Source: Mizuhopecten yessoensis (taxonomy: Eukaryota). Taken from it: 64,000 nt of DNA. Under the pieces are notes generated by a model. It was not told the origin of the DNA. It worked only from the letters and a program-made list of their open reading frames with translations, and did no database searches. Within the stretch, counting starts at the first letter, position 1, and the number at the start of each line of letters is the position of its first letter. This document shows positions 38,274 through 51,859 of this stretch, one piece after another. The stretch lies in NCBI RefSeq assembly GCF_002113885.1, contig NW_018408827.1, positions 105,553 through 169,552 on the forward strand. The letters run 5' to 3'. Made by a program: the position numbers and the translations under genes.

Positions 38274-41200
38274 TTTTATCACATACCTTCCGTATTTGGT
38301 AGAGATCGATACAAAGAATTTATAAACTTTGATATCTTTTGCAAATACCAGTCGCATGACAAGGGGATTCCCATAAAAAAATGCTTGTATTACTATAACA
38401 AAATTCAACAGGTGTGTGATAAATAATGTAACTGGACAAGCTTCCGTCTTGATACATTCTACATTGTATAACCAGACTATCATCCGTCTAGGTTATATAT
38501 CATCCGCCGATCTCTATCGTATAAATGGATACTTCAGCTAGAAGGGAAGTACAGCGTTACTATCCCGCAACTTGGCACCCTTTAAGCAACATGAACTATA
38601 AATAAGATAATCGTTATCAGTTATATGCGTCATATCAAACATCGCTGCCCCAGACCCAACTCTACCACAGTACAGGTGAGCACTTGGTTCGTACTAGAAA
38701 AAGGTATGTCTGACGTCTTTAAATTATTACAGTTTGTTCCAAGGTATAAAGTCGATGTAATACATTGTACTGTATACATGTAGTTGGGTACAATAATTTA
38801 TTATATCAATTAAAACAAAACTTATTTTATTATATCACAATCTATACGAGCCTGAGAACTGTGCGATTTAACAATCGGTCGCCCAGTATTTAATATACGA
38901 TATTTTTCACTTTTTCTAATTCTTCAATACATTATCCACATAAATACATGACTGCTAAACTGTCTATAACAGGGTTGTACTGTCAGGTACAGTACAAGTA
39001 CACGTACGTGGGCAGCTGTACTAAATTGATTGCATGGAATTGATCGCCGGTAAGAGTTTATTTGTTATTTGACTGTTATCAAAACACAATTTGTACTTAC
39101 CTGTATTAAATGTGTCTTTAACGCTTTGTATGGAAATTTCACACCTCCTTCACAGTGGACTTATGATACAAAGCATGTTCCCGTTACCTGGTAATGAACA
39201 GGTAGCGGGTAACAAGTAGGACTGCTTTGTTTACATTGTATCAGACCGTATATCTACACACTTGTCTATTCAAATCAAATCAAATATGTTTCTTCCTATG
39301 ATAAGATATTACAAATAAAAAGAAAAAATGGACATATATTTACATGTCGATTACTTTATCTCCACATCATAATAGTCTCAATTCAGCACTTCCTCTCTTA
39401 TATTAGAGAGAGCATATTACACAACAGTTCAGCTGTAAAATGAGATGGCAGCCTTTTTCAAGATGTCCGCGCCATCTTGAATAAAGTTTACATGTACGAA
39501 AGGTAAAAGACTAATACGAAATTGTGTTTATTTACAAGCCATTCCTTATATATTAAGGGTAGACTGGCCCCGTCTCTAGAATATTGAATTATTAAGAAAA
39601 AGGTTTAACTCAAAACAATTTGATCACTTGGATGTCTGTTCTAAACCAGGGGGAGATAAGCTAGTAGTAAAATGCAGCCGAGAAATTCTTCATAAAAACT
39701 TAGGGGCTGGTAGCCAGTCTAATATTAAGGTTGTAATTTATCTTATTGAGTATCTCATTATGCGCACATTGTGTAAAGTTACATATTATATGTAATGACA
39801 TACTGGTCATTTACTATACAAATGATGTAGCTTGTTTAGGTCGGACGGTTGCTGGCAATCTCCTGCTTTCAAAACATTCCATCGGGGACAGTGTTGTAAC
39901 GATCTCTTTAGATGTATATACACGATATGACAAAGCTACATATATGTATAAACTGTTCTGCAATTTGTACCTGATAGGTGTCAGATAAAATCCTTTTAAT
40001 CAATTAATCGTTTCACTTTGATAGACGATCTATAACTGATCTTGTTAATATAACTGAACAATCCGCCATATTTCAAAATTGATTCGTAAATAAACCTATT
40101 GAATAACAGGTATTTCCAAAATAGTTATATTGATAATTTAATAATTGATTAAAGTATTATGCATTACAATGTGTACAAAAGTAAATACAATATTAAATGT
40201 CCTTCATCTTCGAACACACATACATACTCTCCTGTGCGCATCAAAATATTTACATTTCGCTTTTGATACTATCAGCAAAATGATCTAAGTTATTCAACCT
40301 TAACTATAAAAAACACGCTATTTGTAGGTAACATAATGACGACCAATCTAAAACAACCCGATAAGGTTCAACTTTCCACATGGATTGACCCGTCCAAACG
40401 ACACAATTTTACCTTACTGTACAAGATCAGCCGTGACGGATGTAACGCTCAGACCTTCCATAGTCTCTGTGACAACAAAGGGCCCACAGTCACCGTCCTG
40501 TACAATACAAGTGAATCAGTTTACGGGGCGTATACTGCTGTCAGCTGGCAATCAAATGGTTCTTATAGCATCGACGCAAAAGCATTTTTGTTTAAACTAA
40601 AGTATAATGGTACAGCACATTCCATGAAGTTTCCCAATAAAACGGACGGGAAAAAAGCAATCTATGGACACGCCAACTATGGGCCAACATTTGGAAGTGG
40701 ATATGATTTGTATTGCTTTAGTGGAACTATAAATAAATCCGGAATTATTTTCCCATTGAATGGTTCTGCCACATTAGGATATGCGTACGACATGCAGGGA
40801 CAAGACTACAACACTGTAATGAACGGCCATTTAGAGGTCCTGGATCTTGAGGTTTATAGTGTTCAAGGTGAGTTTACAGTTGTCCTATTACAATAAGGCA
40901 TCACAATCAGTTGTAAAATTGATTAATGTAATAATAAAACAAAAACTGATGTTGTCTATGTCAGGTCTTGATTTCGCAAAGTCCTCCAGTTTGAATTTTT
41001 AGGTAAATTTATCACTTGCAGTCTATATAAATAGCAGCAAATGTATTGACTACATCAATCGTTTATATCCTTGAAATCAAACACACTAAGAATGCATGTG
41101 ATTCATCCGTTTACCTTGATCTCTACTTACAGCACTGCCTACTAAGACGGCTTACTACCAAGCCGTTCAATTGATGTAACAATTATAATGTTCTATCTCG

Positions 41201-41639
41201 AGTTTCCCTGTCTTTAATAGCATCATTCCTGCTCCCAAAGCCTAAGGTTTTCACACGTCGCAATTTTAGCATATTAATGAAGAATATGGGCAAGCTTTAC
41301 GGTCACTGTCATGATCTAACTGGGAAATACGTCATTTCCTTGTGTGACATGGTTTTTGATACGGTTTTGTACATAGTTGGGTAGGATGCAATACGCAAGT
41401 CGCACCATATTTTTGAGAAAACAACAACACGGCCAGACTGGGAACCTCCAAGACAGACACTGTAACAAATTGCGCTACAAGGTCGCCAGCGACCAGTCTA
41501 GTTCCGCTACATTCTTCCCTTCTTTTTTTCATAGTCTTCTTTTTTGAAGACAATGCTATTTATAACTGAGGTTCGGGTATCCCCTTGCTTAATGTTCACA
41601 TAATAATTGAAACAAGGGTTGGCTACTGTTACCACCGTT

Positions 41640-41735
41640 ACAGAAGATGAAGAACGCATGGCCAGACCAGGATTAGAAGCTGGAACCTCCAAACTCGAGT
41701 CGGACGCTTTAACCTATTGGCCTATCTGGTCGCCG
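41640..41735 (-). mobile_element. tRNA-derived SINE head fragment
   Basis: Minus strand reads ggcgaccagataggccaataggttaaagcgtccgactcgagtttggaggttccagcttctaatcctggtctggcca (A/B-box-like). A related fragment is at ~41430-41505. Confidence 0.55.
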
Positions 41736-44700
41736 ACGATCAAACCAGTCCGATTTCTATACAAATACCATATAAATGTTTGAGTTTTGTTTTTTTCTGT
41801 AATCAATCCATAATACCATAGTTAGCCCTGTTTCTATTTTTTTTTTCTATACAAGGACTGATTGACCCATAAGGAAACCCCATTTTATCGTGACCTAATT
41901 TTGCAAAACCAAAAAAAATGGTCCGTTTACTCCTGCCTAAGCATAAAAGCAGGGGCATATTTCCTTTCTACAATCTACTAAGTCGTTTAACCTTTAACCC
42001 ATTTGGTTTGCTAGTGATTCTAGTGTGCTTTTTTGTCTATTTTTCGTACAGACGACCAAAACATATTTTTTTTATATTGTGAAGAGAGACAGCTTAGTGA
42101 TAATATCAGAGTTGGATGCGGGCTGATGTAGCAGAAAGCAGTTATGTTATGACTCATCGGACAATATCAACGCTTGAAATATAATTAAATATACACAGTT
42201 TGATTGATATATTCAGGAAGCATAAAATTAAATTTAAAACAAAAATGAAATGATTATTTGCCAATGTTTTTGTTGAGGTTTAATTCAAATATAGTGTTTT
42301 TCCAACAGATACAAATATGATACAATTTTATGTACAAATGATGAAATTTCTACATTGTATTGGCCTAAATTGACATACTGGGACACATTTACGGAATGAA
42401 CGTAATTTTTAAGGGTCTATGCTATCTTGTTATACCATTTATAAACAGCGAATACATATTGTTAGCAAACATGATGAGTAGACCATCTCTACAGTTTTAT
42501 ATTCTTTTGTAAAACATGTATAAAGAACGAATTCCTTGAATAGCTCCAAACGATGTATTCCTATTTATGTTCTTGATACGGAATGAAAGTGAGATAATAT
42601 ATTTGTTATAATCATTAAGGAAAATTCCATGACAAAAACAACCATAAGAAGTAAACAAAGTGATCTTCCGATTTCTGCTTAATGGTAAACACTCCATGTT
42701 TCGTGTTCCATGTCAAATCTGCATGTACCAACAACGCCTGCGTCCTCTAAAATCCTATTAAATTCTATTAAAGATATGGTTCTGTTTTCATTTCTACTAG
42801 TTGAATCCGTGGTATATTTTTTATATATATTTTTTCAACTCGACGTGTACAAAGGTTATGTGATATATACGGAGACATTTACTGAACTGGTTTCCTTTAC
42901 TTAAAGATATGTATGTTAGCATTAAAATATATAAAGGATGTGTAGAATACATACGATACTTCAGTAATTGTATGATCGCAAGTTGTTTACACATACTGCC
43001 GAGCAATCTGAAAAAGACATGGCAGAATGACCCACAGAAACAATATAGATGTATGTGGCTTATGTTTTAACAAAAACAACAAAGTACATATTTGTTGCAA
43101 CTCTGCACATGCTATAGAAAAATCTTAAAATAAACAATTGGAACGAACTTATTTTTTTTTATATCAAAAACCTTTAATTGTTACAGAATACATGTTTTGA
43201 TGTTTTCACAAAGTGGGCGTCGTGACGTTAACTACAGTATCGATTAACAGAACATATGTTGACTATGGTATATAAAATTATAAATGGTTTATAAACTCAA
43301 AACAGCAAGGACTTTTTCGTTGTATTTTTGTTATTTATTAATTGCAGTGCAAATATCTAGAAGAATATCACACGATTAAATAAGTTACTAAATTATTTTC
43401 CTCAAATCAAACACAAATCACACTTTTTACATGAGCAATACTTCGTAAGAAATCACAATAATAAATGACATTATAATAACTAACCCTACTTATGCATACA
43501 AAAATGATCAGCATATATTTTTGCAAAATGATAACTGCAAATCGAAGATAAGTAACTATTCCCAACATTATGAATATCGTCTTTCCTTTTGATTGTTCAC
43601 ATTTCCAGAACGCATGCTCCTTCAAAAGCCCTGGATCCGGAACGTTGATTGGAGCCAGAAGGTAAGCCAGCCTAAACACCTTTTATTCTACCATTACCTA
43701 TTGAAAGTCCTTTCACTATAATATCATTCCATTGTGCTGTTTGTTACGTCATTATATAATATAGTATGCGTTGTATTCAATTTTTACTGTGTTGCACTGT
43801 GTTTTATATTTTCAATCAATTAAGTGTTATTGATATATTTTATTCGTTTCAGTTTGAGCAGGAGATAAAGGAAAAAGTGGCCACCTATAAACCATTACCC
43901 GGATTGGACCTCCAGCAGAGGAGGATCCTGTTGGTCGGTCAGGTCGGGGCAGGGAAGTCTAGCTACTTCAACACCGTCAACTCCATCTTCCGAGGGCATA
44001 TTAGCAGCCAGGCCAACGTTGGAACTACGGAACAACATAGTCTTACAACATCCGTTAGTGAAAATGATAGCATTAAACCAAGGATAATGTAGAATTACAG
44101 TTACAAAGCATGTACTCTTTTTAACATTAAAAAAGATATTTTATCGATAGGAAAAATGATTCCATTATCGGTATCTTAACAAAACATCCACTTGGAAAAT
44201 GCATTTCAATTTGAAGTTAAGCCATACATGTATATTTCCCATTTGCCTCTTCTATTGATTCACACACAGTTTATGCCTCAGGTATAGAGACAGCGATATG
44301 CTTGTCCAAAGCCGGACTACATAACTCAATACAGGCTTTAATTTTGTTTACTTGTTCACGAATTTTAGTACCGGATGTATGAAATACATGACGGATATGG
44401 CAGCAAAACTTTCAACTTTCGGTTATGCGACACACGTGGCCTAGAAGAGAACCAAGGTATTGATGATCAAGATATTTGTTATTTACTTGATGGTCACGTG
44501 CCTGACAGGTATCAGGTATGTGTTTAAATTACTTATTATGTCTTGCCTTTTCCTTGTAAGCAAAAATATAATCATTAATTCAATTTTACTTGTCTTTTAT
44601 ATATTGAATGATTAATGGAAGATAAAACACGTGAACCCCGTCCCATTTTTTTTATCAACATTACCTATTCAACTTCAACACTCTTTCAAGAAGCTCAATT

Positions 44701-47188
44701 AGTATCCCATTCTCCTACCCAGACAAACAATGAATGACCGATATGTTACATCATTGTGTAGCGTTTTGTATATATAAACACCTGATTTTATAATATGGAA
44801 TGTTAGCAACGCATTATCAAATCATTACTAGGAACATCAAGTATGTAAGCATATTTGTCAAAGTGTTATTTGTTTGATACAGAGAGCCAAGCAAAGTACA
44901 TATCTCAGGGCACCATTTAGCCATTTCGTACATTTAGGACTCCTTAGGTCAAATAATGAATATAAAGTATGAATATATTCAGATACATATGCTGATGAAA
45001 CCCCTTATAACGTTACAACTTATAATTAACAACTTTTGGCTACAACAAGTTCATGTATCATAGTCTAAAACTAGTATATATTGCAAACCTTGGGGAATAA
45101 TCATCTACCCACAAGCAGACCCAACCATCTTGTTACGTAAACAAGTTACCAGAAAGTAAGAAATGTGAACGCACTCATTCAAATGTTTTGTTTATCGATG
45201 CTGAAAACCCCACAAATTTAACCATTTAACACCACTACATGGCCATATTCTTCCATTTAGCTTCTAGTTATTACATTGTAATAGTAAAGTACTAGTAGAT
45301 CGTCACACTGTTTTCAGGGTTTGTCGTTCGAACAATGTTCTCATTACGAGACGTGTATAAACTCGAGAGGGACTGCATCACAAACTGTTTGCCATTTGTT
45401 AAAATCTATTTAAATGACTATTTTTGATAACGAAATATCTAATCATTAGCTATTCCTGATGTATTTTTACGCTCAAAAATAATTGTTTTTCTTATAATAT
45501 TTTCATGATTTAATAATGATTTGTATTTGACGGTCTTGATTCTTACGCGGGGTACTTTTTAAATGAAAGTAGTGACGTCACCTCATCTTTCAACTGTTTT
45601 CTAGTATTCCAACACTTAAAACACTTGCTAATGGATTTATAATGTGGAAGGTAGCGTACAGAAGTAAACATATGCTAATGTTGTTATCATGTATTGATGT
45701 TGTCACAGCTATTGAAGATATCGGTCTGAGGTTTACTTAATCAGAATAGACACCATCCCGTCTGTGTGAAATAGATATGACCAATAACTGTTCCGATGAT
45801 GCGAAAGCATGCAAGTAAATGGTACCGATAGTCTATCTCAATTAAATCCGCTGACCCTGTTTCTAAAATAAACATTTTGTGCAACGGTATCATCTCAACA
45901 CTGCTTTCGCAACGCCTGAAATTACAAAAACAAATCACTTGTTCGAAGCTCCAATTTTTGCACGTCTTTTAGAAATATCAGGCAACGCCCTCTTTTATGA
46001 TAAAACAACAGAATATTTCAATTCGCACGTGGCACTCTTTAGAATCTGTATTCTTCGGAACTAGTGATATTTATATGACGTTCAGCAAACAGTCAAAGTT
46101 TTATAGATGTATAAATTATGCCCTTGTTTATGTTATCCTCAGTTCAACCCCTCTATACCAATATAGCCTGACGCCCTGGGATTCGTGAAAAATCCAATGC
46201 AGTCTGATAAAATCCACTGTGTGGCTTTTGTCCTGGACGCTAGTGATGTTGACGACATTCCCGAGAAAGTCCTGGAACGGATTAAAGCAATGCAGCCGCG
46301 GATGAACCATAGAGGTAATTCATTTTACATAAGTATCCACATTCCTCGCTATATATTGGTTAATGCCATTCAAATATTGTTATTATTTAACACCCGCAAT
46401 TTATCGAAAACTTCTCACGGAACTTTTTCGAAAACATCAGGAACCGGATTTAAAAATATATGCAAACGCTGTTTTGAATGATTTTAACGGCGGTCATTTC
46501 AGAGTCTCAAAACTAACTCTAAATGATTAATCGTATATGATGCAATAATACATTCCATAGTTGAGCGAACTTGAATAGTATCTCAATTTCGACAATCAGA
46601 GCCGAATATAGCCAGGTTTGCTATCTTACCGGAAAGGGGCATAGAGCACATGTATGCATGCCCATCTGTACATGTGTGAAGTGTCATTAGTGTTCATAAA
46701 GTGGTTTTTAGGGGTTCAATGGTATTTTATACATACCACATTTGATCAACATTGGACAATTAATGAAGGGTAAGAGTATAACGTTTCAGTAAGCCATGAT
46801 ATGTAAGTTTAATTGTTTGCAGAATTAATATCTAGGCTATGGTCATAAAAAAAACACGTACAGGGTTTCCTTTTAGGTTCAATTCGTCCTGGCATTAATA
46901 AAGGTAGAGTTGAAAAGAGGCTTCATCTTGAATTCGAGATTCCACTTTTGCAATCACTTTTTCTCAAGATATTGGTTATAAAGGGACCAGTAAGGACATC
47001 ATTTTTATTTTTACTTATGTTCATTTTTTTCGTAGGTCAAATTTCAGGACAAATTCCTCAATATATGTAATTGCTAAGATATGAGGTATATATATGTGTA
47101 TATATATATCAAATATTATCATTAAATAAATATTCAGTTGATATTTAAAAGTTTTAGAGATATTGCTAAATAAATCGATGAACAAGTA

Positions 47189-48963
47189 GGAATGAATACA
47201 GTGTATAGTGACAATGAAAAGGAATGGATACAGTGTATAGTGACAATAAATAGGAATGGATACAGTGTAAAGTGACAATACACAGGAATGGATACAGTGT
47301 ATAGTAACGATAAACAGGAGTGGATACAGTGTATAGTGACAATACACAGAAATGGATACAGTGTATAGTGACAATACACAGGAATGGATACAGTGTATAG
47401 TAACAATAAACAGGAATGGATACAGTATATAAGTATAGTGACAATAAAAAGGAATGGATACAGTGTATAGTGACAATGAAAAGGAATGGATACAGTGTAT
47501 AGTTACAATACACAGGAATGGATACAGTGTATAGTGACAATAAAAAGGAATGGATACAGTGTATAGTGACAATGAAAAGGAATGGATACAGTCTAAAGTG
47601 ACAATACACAGGAATGGATACAGTGTATAGTAACGATAAACAGGAATGGATACAGTATATAGTGACAATACACAGGAATGGATACAATGTATAGTGACAA
47701 TAATCAGGAATTGATACAGTGTAAAGTGACAATACATAGGAATGGATACAGTGTATAATGACCATAAAAAGGAATGGAAACAGTGTAAAGTGAAAATAAA
47801 CCGGAATGAATACAGTGTATAGTGACGATAAACAGGAATGGATACAGTATATAGTGACAATACACAGGAATGGATACAGTGTATAGTGACCATACACAGG
47901 AATGGATACAGTCTATAGTGACAATACACAAGAATGGATACCGTATATAGTAACGATAAACAGGAATGGATACAGTGTATAGTGACAATACACAGGAATG
48001 GATACAGTCTATAGTGACGATAAACAGGAATGGATACAGTATATAGTGACAATACACAGGAATGGATACAATGTATAGTGACAATAATCAGGAATGGATA
48101 CAGTGTAAAGTGACAATACACAGGAATGGATACAGTGTATAATGACCATAAAAAGGAATGGATACAGTGTAAAGTGAAAATAAACCGGAATGAATACAGT
48201 GTATAGTGACGATAAACAGGAATGGAAACAGTATATAGTGACAATAATCAGGAATGGATAAGTGTATAATGACCATAAAAAGGAATGGGTACAGTGTAAA
48301 GTGAAAATAATCAGGAATGGATACAGTGTAAAGTGACAATTCACAGGAATGGATACAGTGTAAAGTGACAATACACAGGAATGGATACAGTGTATAATGA
48401 CCATAAAAAGGAATGGATACAGTGTAAAGTGAAAATAAACCGGAATTGATACAGTGTATAGTGACGTTAACAGGAATGGATACAGTGTATAGTGACAATA
48501 AACAGGAATGGATACAGTATATAGTGACAATAATCAGGAATGGATACAGTGTATAATGACCATAAAAAGGAATGGATACAGTGTAAAGTGAAAATAAACC
48601 GGAATGAATACAGTGTATAGTGACGATAAACAGGAATGGAAACAGTATATAGTGACAATAATCAGGAATGGATACAGTGTATAATGACCATAAAAAGAAA
48701 TGGATACAATGTAAAGTGAAAATAAACCGGAATTGATACAGTGTATAGTGACGTTAACAGGAATGGATACAGTGTATAGTGACAATAAACAGGAATGGAT
48801 ACAGTGTATAGTGACGATAAACAGGAATGGATACAGTATATAGTGACAATAATCAGGAATGGATACAGTATATAGTGACAATAAACAGGAATGGATACAG
48901 TATATAATGACAATAAACTGGAATGGATACAGTCTAATGTGACAATAAACAGGGATGGAAACA
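47189..48963. repeat. 32-bp minisatellite, ~55 copies, in the last intron of copy B
   Basis: Unit ggaatggatacagtgtatagtgacaatacaca. It explains the 407-aa and other minus-strand repetitive ORFs. Confidence 0.97.
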
Positions 48964-49050
48964 TGAACGCTTTGGTAATTACTACAAAAAACTCAATCAA
49001 TGTTTTTTTCAATGAAATCAAATAATTTTCCAAGGTTGACTTATATTTTT

Positions 49051-49288
49051 GGAGAATGGGATACTAACTGAGCTTCTTGAAAGAGTGTTGAAGTTGAATA
49101 GGTAATGTTGATAAAAAAAAATGGGACGGGGTTCACGTGTTTTATCTTCCATTAATCATTCAATATATAAAAGACAAGTAAAATTGAATTAATGATTATA
49201 TTTTTGCTTACAAGGAAAAGGCAAGACATAGTAAGTAATTTAAACACATACCTGATACCTGTCAGGCACGTGACCATCAAGTAAATAA
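49051..49288 (-). repeat. Near-perfect inverted duplicate of 44479-44715
   Basis: Base-by-base reverse complement with about 2 substitutions and 1 extra A. It includes the last 37 nt of the DTRG exon and its donor site. Confidence 0.95.
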
Positions 49289-51769
49289 ATATATTTTTTG
49301 CTGGTTTAAACAAATAGATAAATAAGCCGAATGTGTTGCATCTTGCTTTATGCATCTTGCACTAAAAGCAGTTTCATTTAAGTTCTGGTAAAAATTCAAT
49401 ATGATCTGCTGACATATAACTACAATGTAGTACAAAACTAGCGAAAGGAAACAAAGAAAGGCACAGAATACTTCCATCCCGCTACTTAGTGTAATCATAA
49501 ATTTGTAAAAACAGATGTCATTATTAAATTTGCGCTGACGTGCCCATGCCATTATTAAATTTGCGCTGCCGTGCTCACATTCTTTATTTTTAGATTTCAT
49601 GAAACAGATTATCAAACACAATACATAGAGTTGTAACTACATGTAGTATATATATATATATATATATCTAAACTCTAAACAAGATACCATTTTTTTCTTA
49701 AACTTAACCCCCTCATTCTTTTATGATAGAACTGTTTGATCCAAAAAGATCACCTCGTTTCATAAAGATCTGTCCCTATTATATATTTCAGCTATGGCTT
49801 TATTAAGAAAGGTGTTGTTATATTCCAATAAGTGAGTTTCTGATGTAAGATTGAATCAATTCTGTTCCGTTATGAGTAGTTTGTAAATTCCATTCTTTCC
49901 TTCACAGGTATACCCCAAGTGGTATTGCTGACTAAAATCGATGAAATATGTGAGGAGACTTCAGAAGACCTCAGCAATGTCTTTTTCAGCACAGTGGTAA
50001 AAGAGTGCGTAGACAAGGTTGCTTCGTTGATGGGTCTGCCCCGGTCACACATTCTTCCTGTCAAAAACTACGAATGTGAGGTAGAGCTTGATCAGAACAT
50101 AAACATTCTGGCACTCCTCAGTCTCAGACGAATTCTTAATTTTGTCGACGACTTTCTGTTCAACAAATCTGATGAGATCGCAGCTGAAAAAATGAAACGC
50201 TTGAAAGTTAGTGACTAGACCTAGTACATAGAGGACCTATGGTATAGTTAGTATCATTTGTTTTTAGGTAAATCAAGCTTTCAAGATAATAGCTGTTGAA
50301 CTAAAAACGATTTTCTAAAAGCATCCGTTTATTTATTTTTTCTTGTGAAAAAAACACTTTCAAAATACCTTAAATGACAGGCTATGGATTAATCAAATTT
50401 GTAAGTTTTAACAGAATCAATGGCTACTCATTTGATGATAACAAATGTGTTTCATCCAGTGACACGTGTAGACGATGCTCTCTATTTTCTACATCTTCAT
50501 GTATCAACACTGTACATATGAACCTAGATATCAACTTATGTTGTAAATGCTACACTTTTCAACGACATATATGATTAAACCTTACACATCGATATTGATG
50601 GCCTTCGATGTTGGTGGCTTATTTTTTACCCGATGGTATAACGTTCATTTTTTAAAAGATATAAAAAACATCATATTGATTGAATTTAAAAGCGTATTCG
50701 ATCTATGACATTGTCAACTTTTATGCTGATCTTTGTTATACGTTGATTTTGTGATAAGGTATGCAAACAAGGTTGTGTCACATTTAAAGAAATATTTATT
50801 AAACTGAGAAGCTAAGTTTCTTATCTACATGTACTTAAATGTCTTACAATGCATCAAGATGGTAATGCAGCCAGTACAATTCGTGGATACCAATATTGAG
50901 GTGACTGAGGTGACAATGGTGACGGGGGTAAAGTCTTATTCAAGTTAGTCAGCAGGGAAAACATATATACAACACAGCAGATGAGGTCATAGTGCAGCTT
51001 ATAAAGGGACTATTGCCGTATATTTCATACCTAGGAAACAGGAAATCGGTGCTCTAAATGGTTAAATAGACTGAAAATAAAGAAACATGCGTAGCTATTC
51101 CGTCAACTTTGTTGTATATTAACATTTCTTTCGAAATTGAAAATCTCGGCTGGTGTTTGTATATCGTTTATCTCGAAGATTGCCAATTTGATCACATGAT
51201 CTGTCACGTGACAATTTTGTTTTCTCTCCGTCAAAACTAAAATAGATTCCGAAGTTAATGTAAACACAGACACGTGTGTCAGATTTTACACCTTGTGTTC
51301 CCTTTTTATACACTTTTAGTTGCAGGATAATACAATATAATTTTAAAACCAATCAATTACAATAATCACAAATAATTAAGGCAAGTTGGTCATGGTCTGC
51401 GCTGTCGACGAAATTTGTGGAGGCTTAATAGGGGTATCACTAATCTTTTTGAGCGGCACATATTGATAAACATTAATCAACTTCTTTTTAAGTTAACTAT
51501 TGGAGTGTGATCAAGGAGAATATATTTCCATCGTGTTAATAACCTCTACTGTCTAAATAATAAAATACAATCAGCATGCTGCTCTATACCAACAAATTCA
51601 TAACCACAATTTATTTGATAGGAAAATGATTTCTCTTTAATAATGACTCCAACATACTTTCAAACAATGTTTAAATAGTGCATTCAATATGATGACTTTC
51701 AGAATTAGTTATATTTGTCTCAAAATTCAAAGCAACTTTGTGAATGCTCATCTTAACTCTCAGTAAGGC

Positions 51770-51859
51770 TGACATGCATGATAATAAACAGAAAGTTAAA
51801 AACTGTCAGTAGGGCTTACATGCATGATAATAAACAGAAAGTTAAAAACTGTCAGTAGA
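51770..51859. repeat. Local tandem duplication (~48-bp period, 2 copies)
   Basis: acatgcatgataataaacagaaagttaaaaactgtcagtag occurs twice. Confidence 0.85.

Larger units (their letters stand above)
40336..50218 (+). pseudogene. IFI44L: IFI44-like copy B with a premature TAG (471 aa if repaired, 318 aa as written)
   Basis: Exons 40336-40867, 43609-43661, 43853-44053, 44369-44515, 46143-46314 and 49908-50218 are all phase-consistent. In the fifth coding exon, cca-ata-TAG-cct (46164-46166) aligns to cca-cta-TCG-cca in copy A. Confidence 0.8.

Noticed and set aside
46164-46166. Rescue of the TAG by A-to-I editing through the inverted repeat
   Set aside because: The stop lies in the loop, not in the duplex arms, and no local complementary sequence was seen.
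47021-49033. 407-aa and other long minus-strand Cys/His/Tyr-rich ORFs
   Set aside because: Translations of a 32-bp minisatellite. The unit is not a multiple of 3, and all frames give the same permuted peptide.
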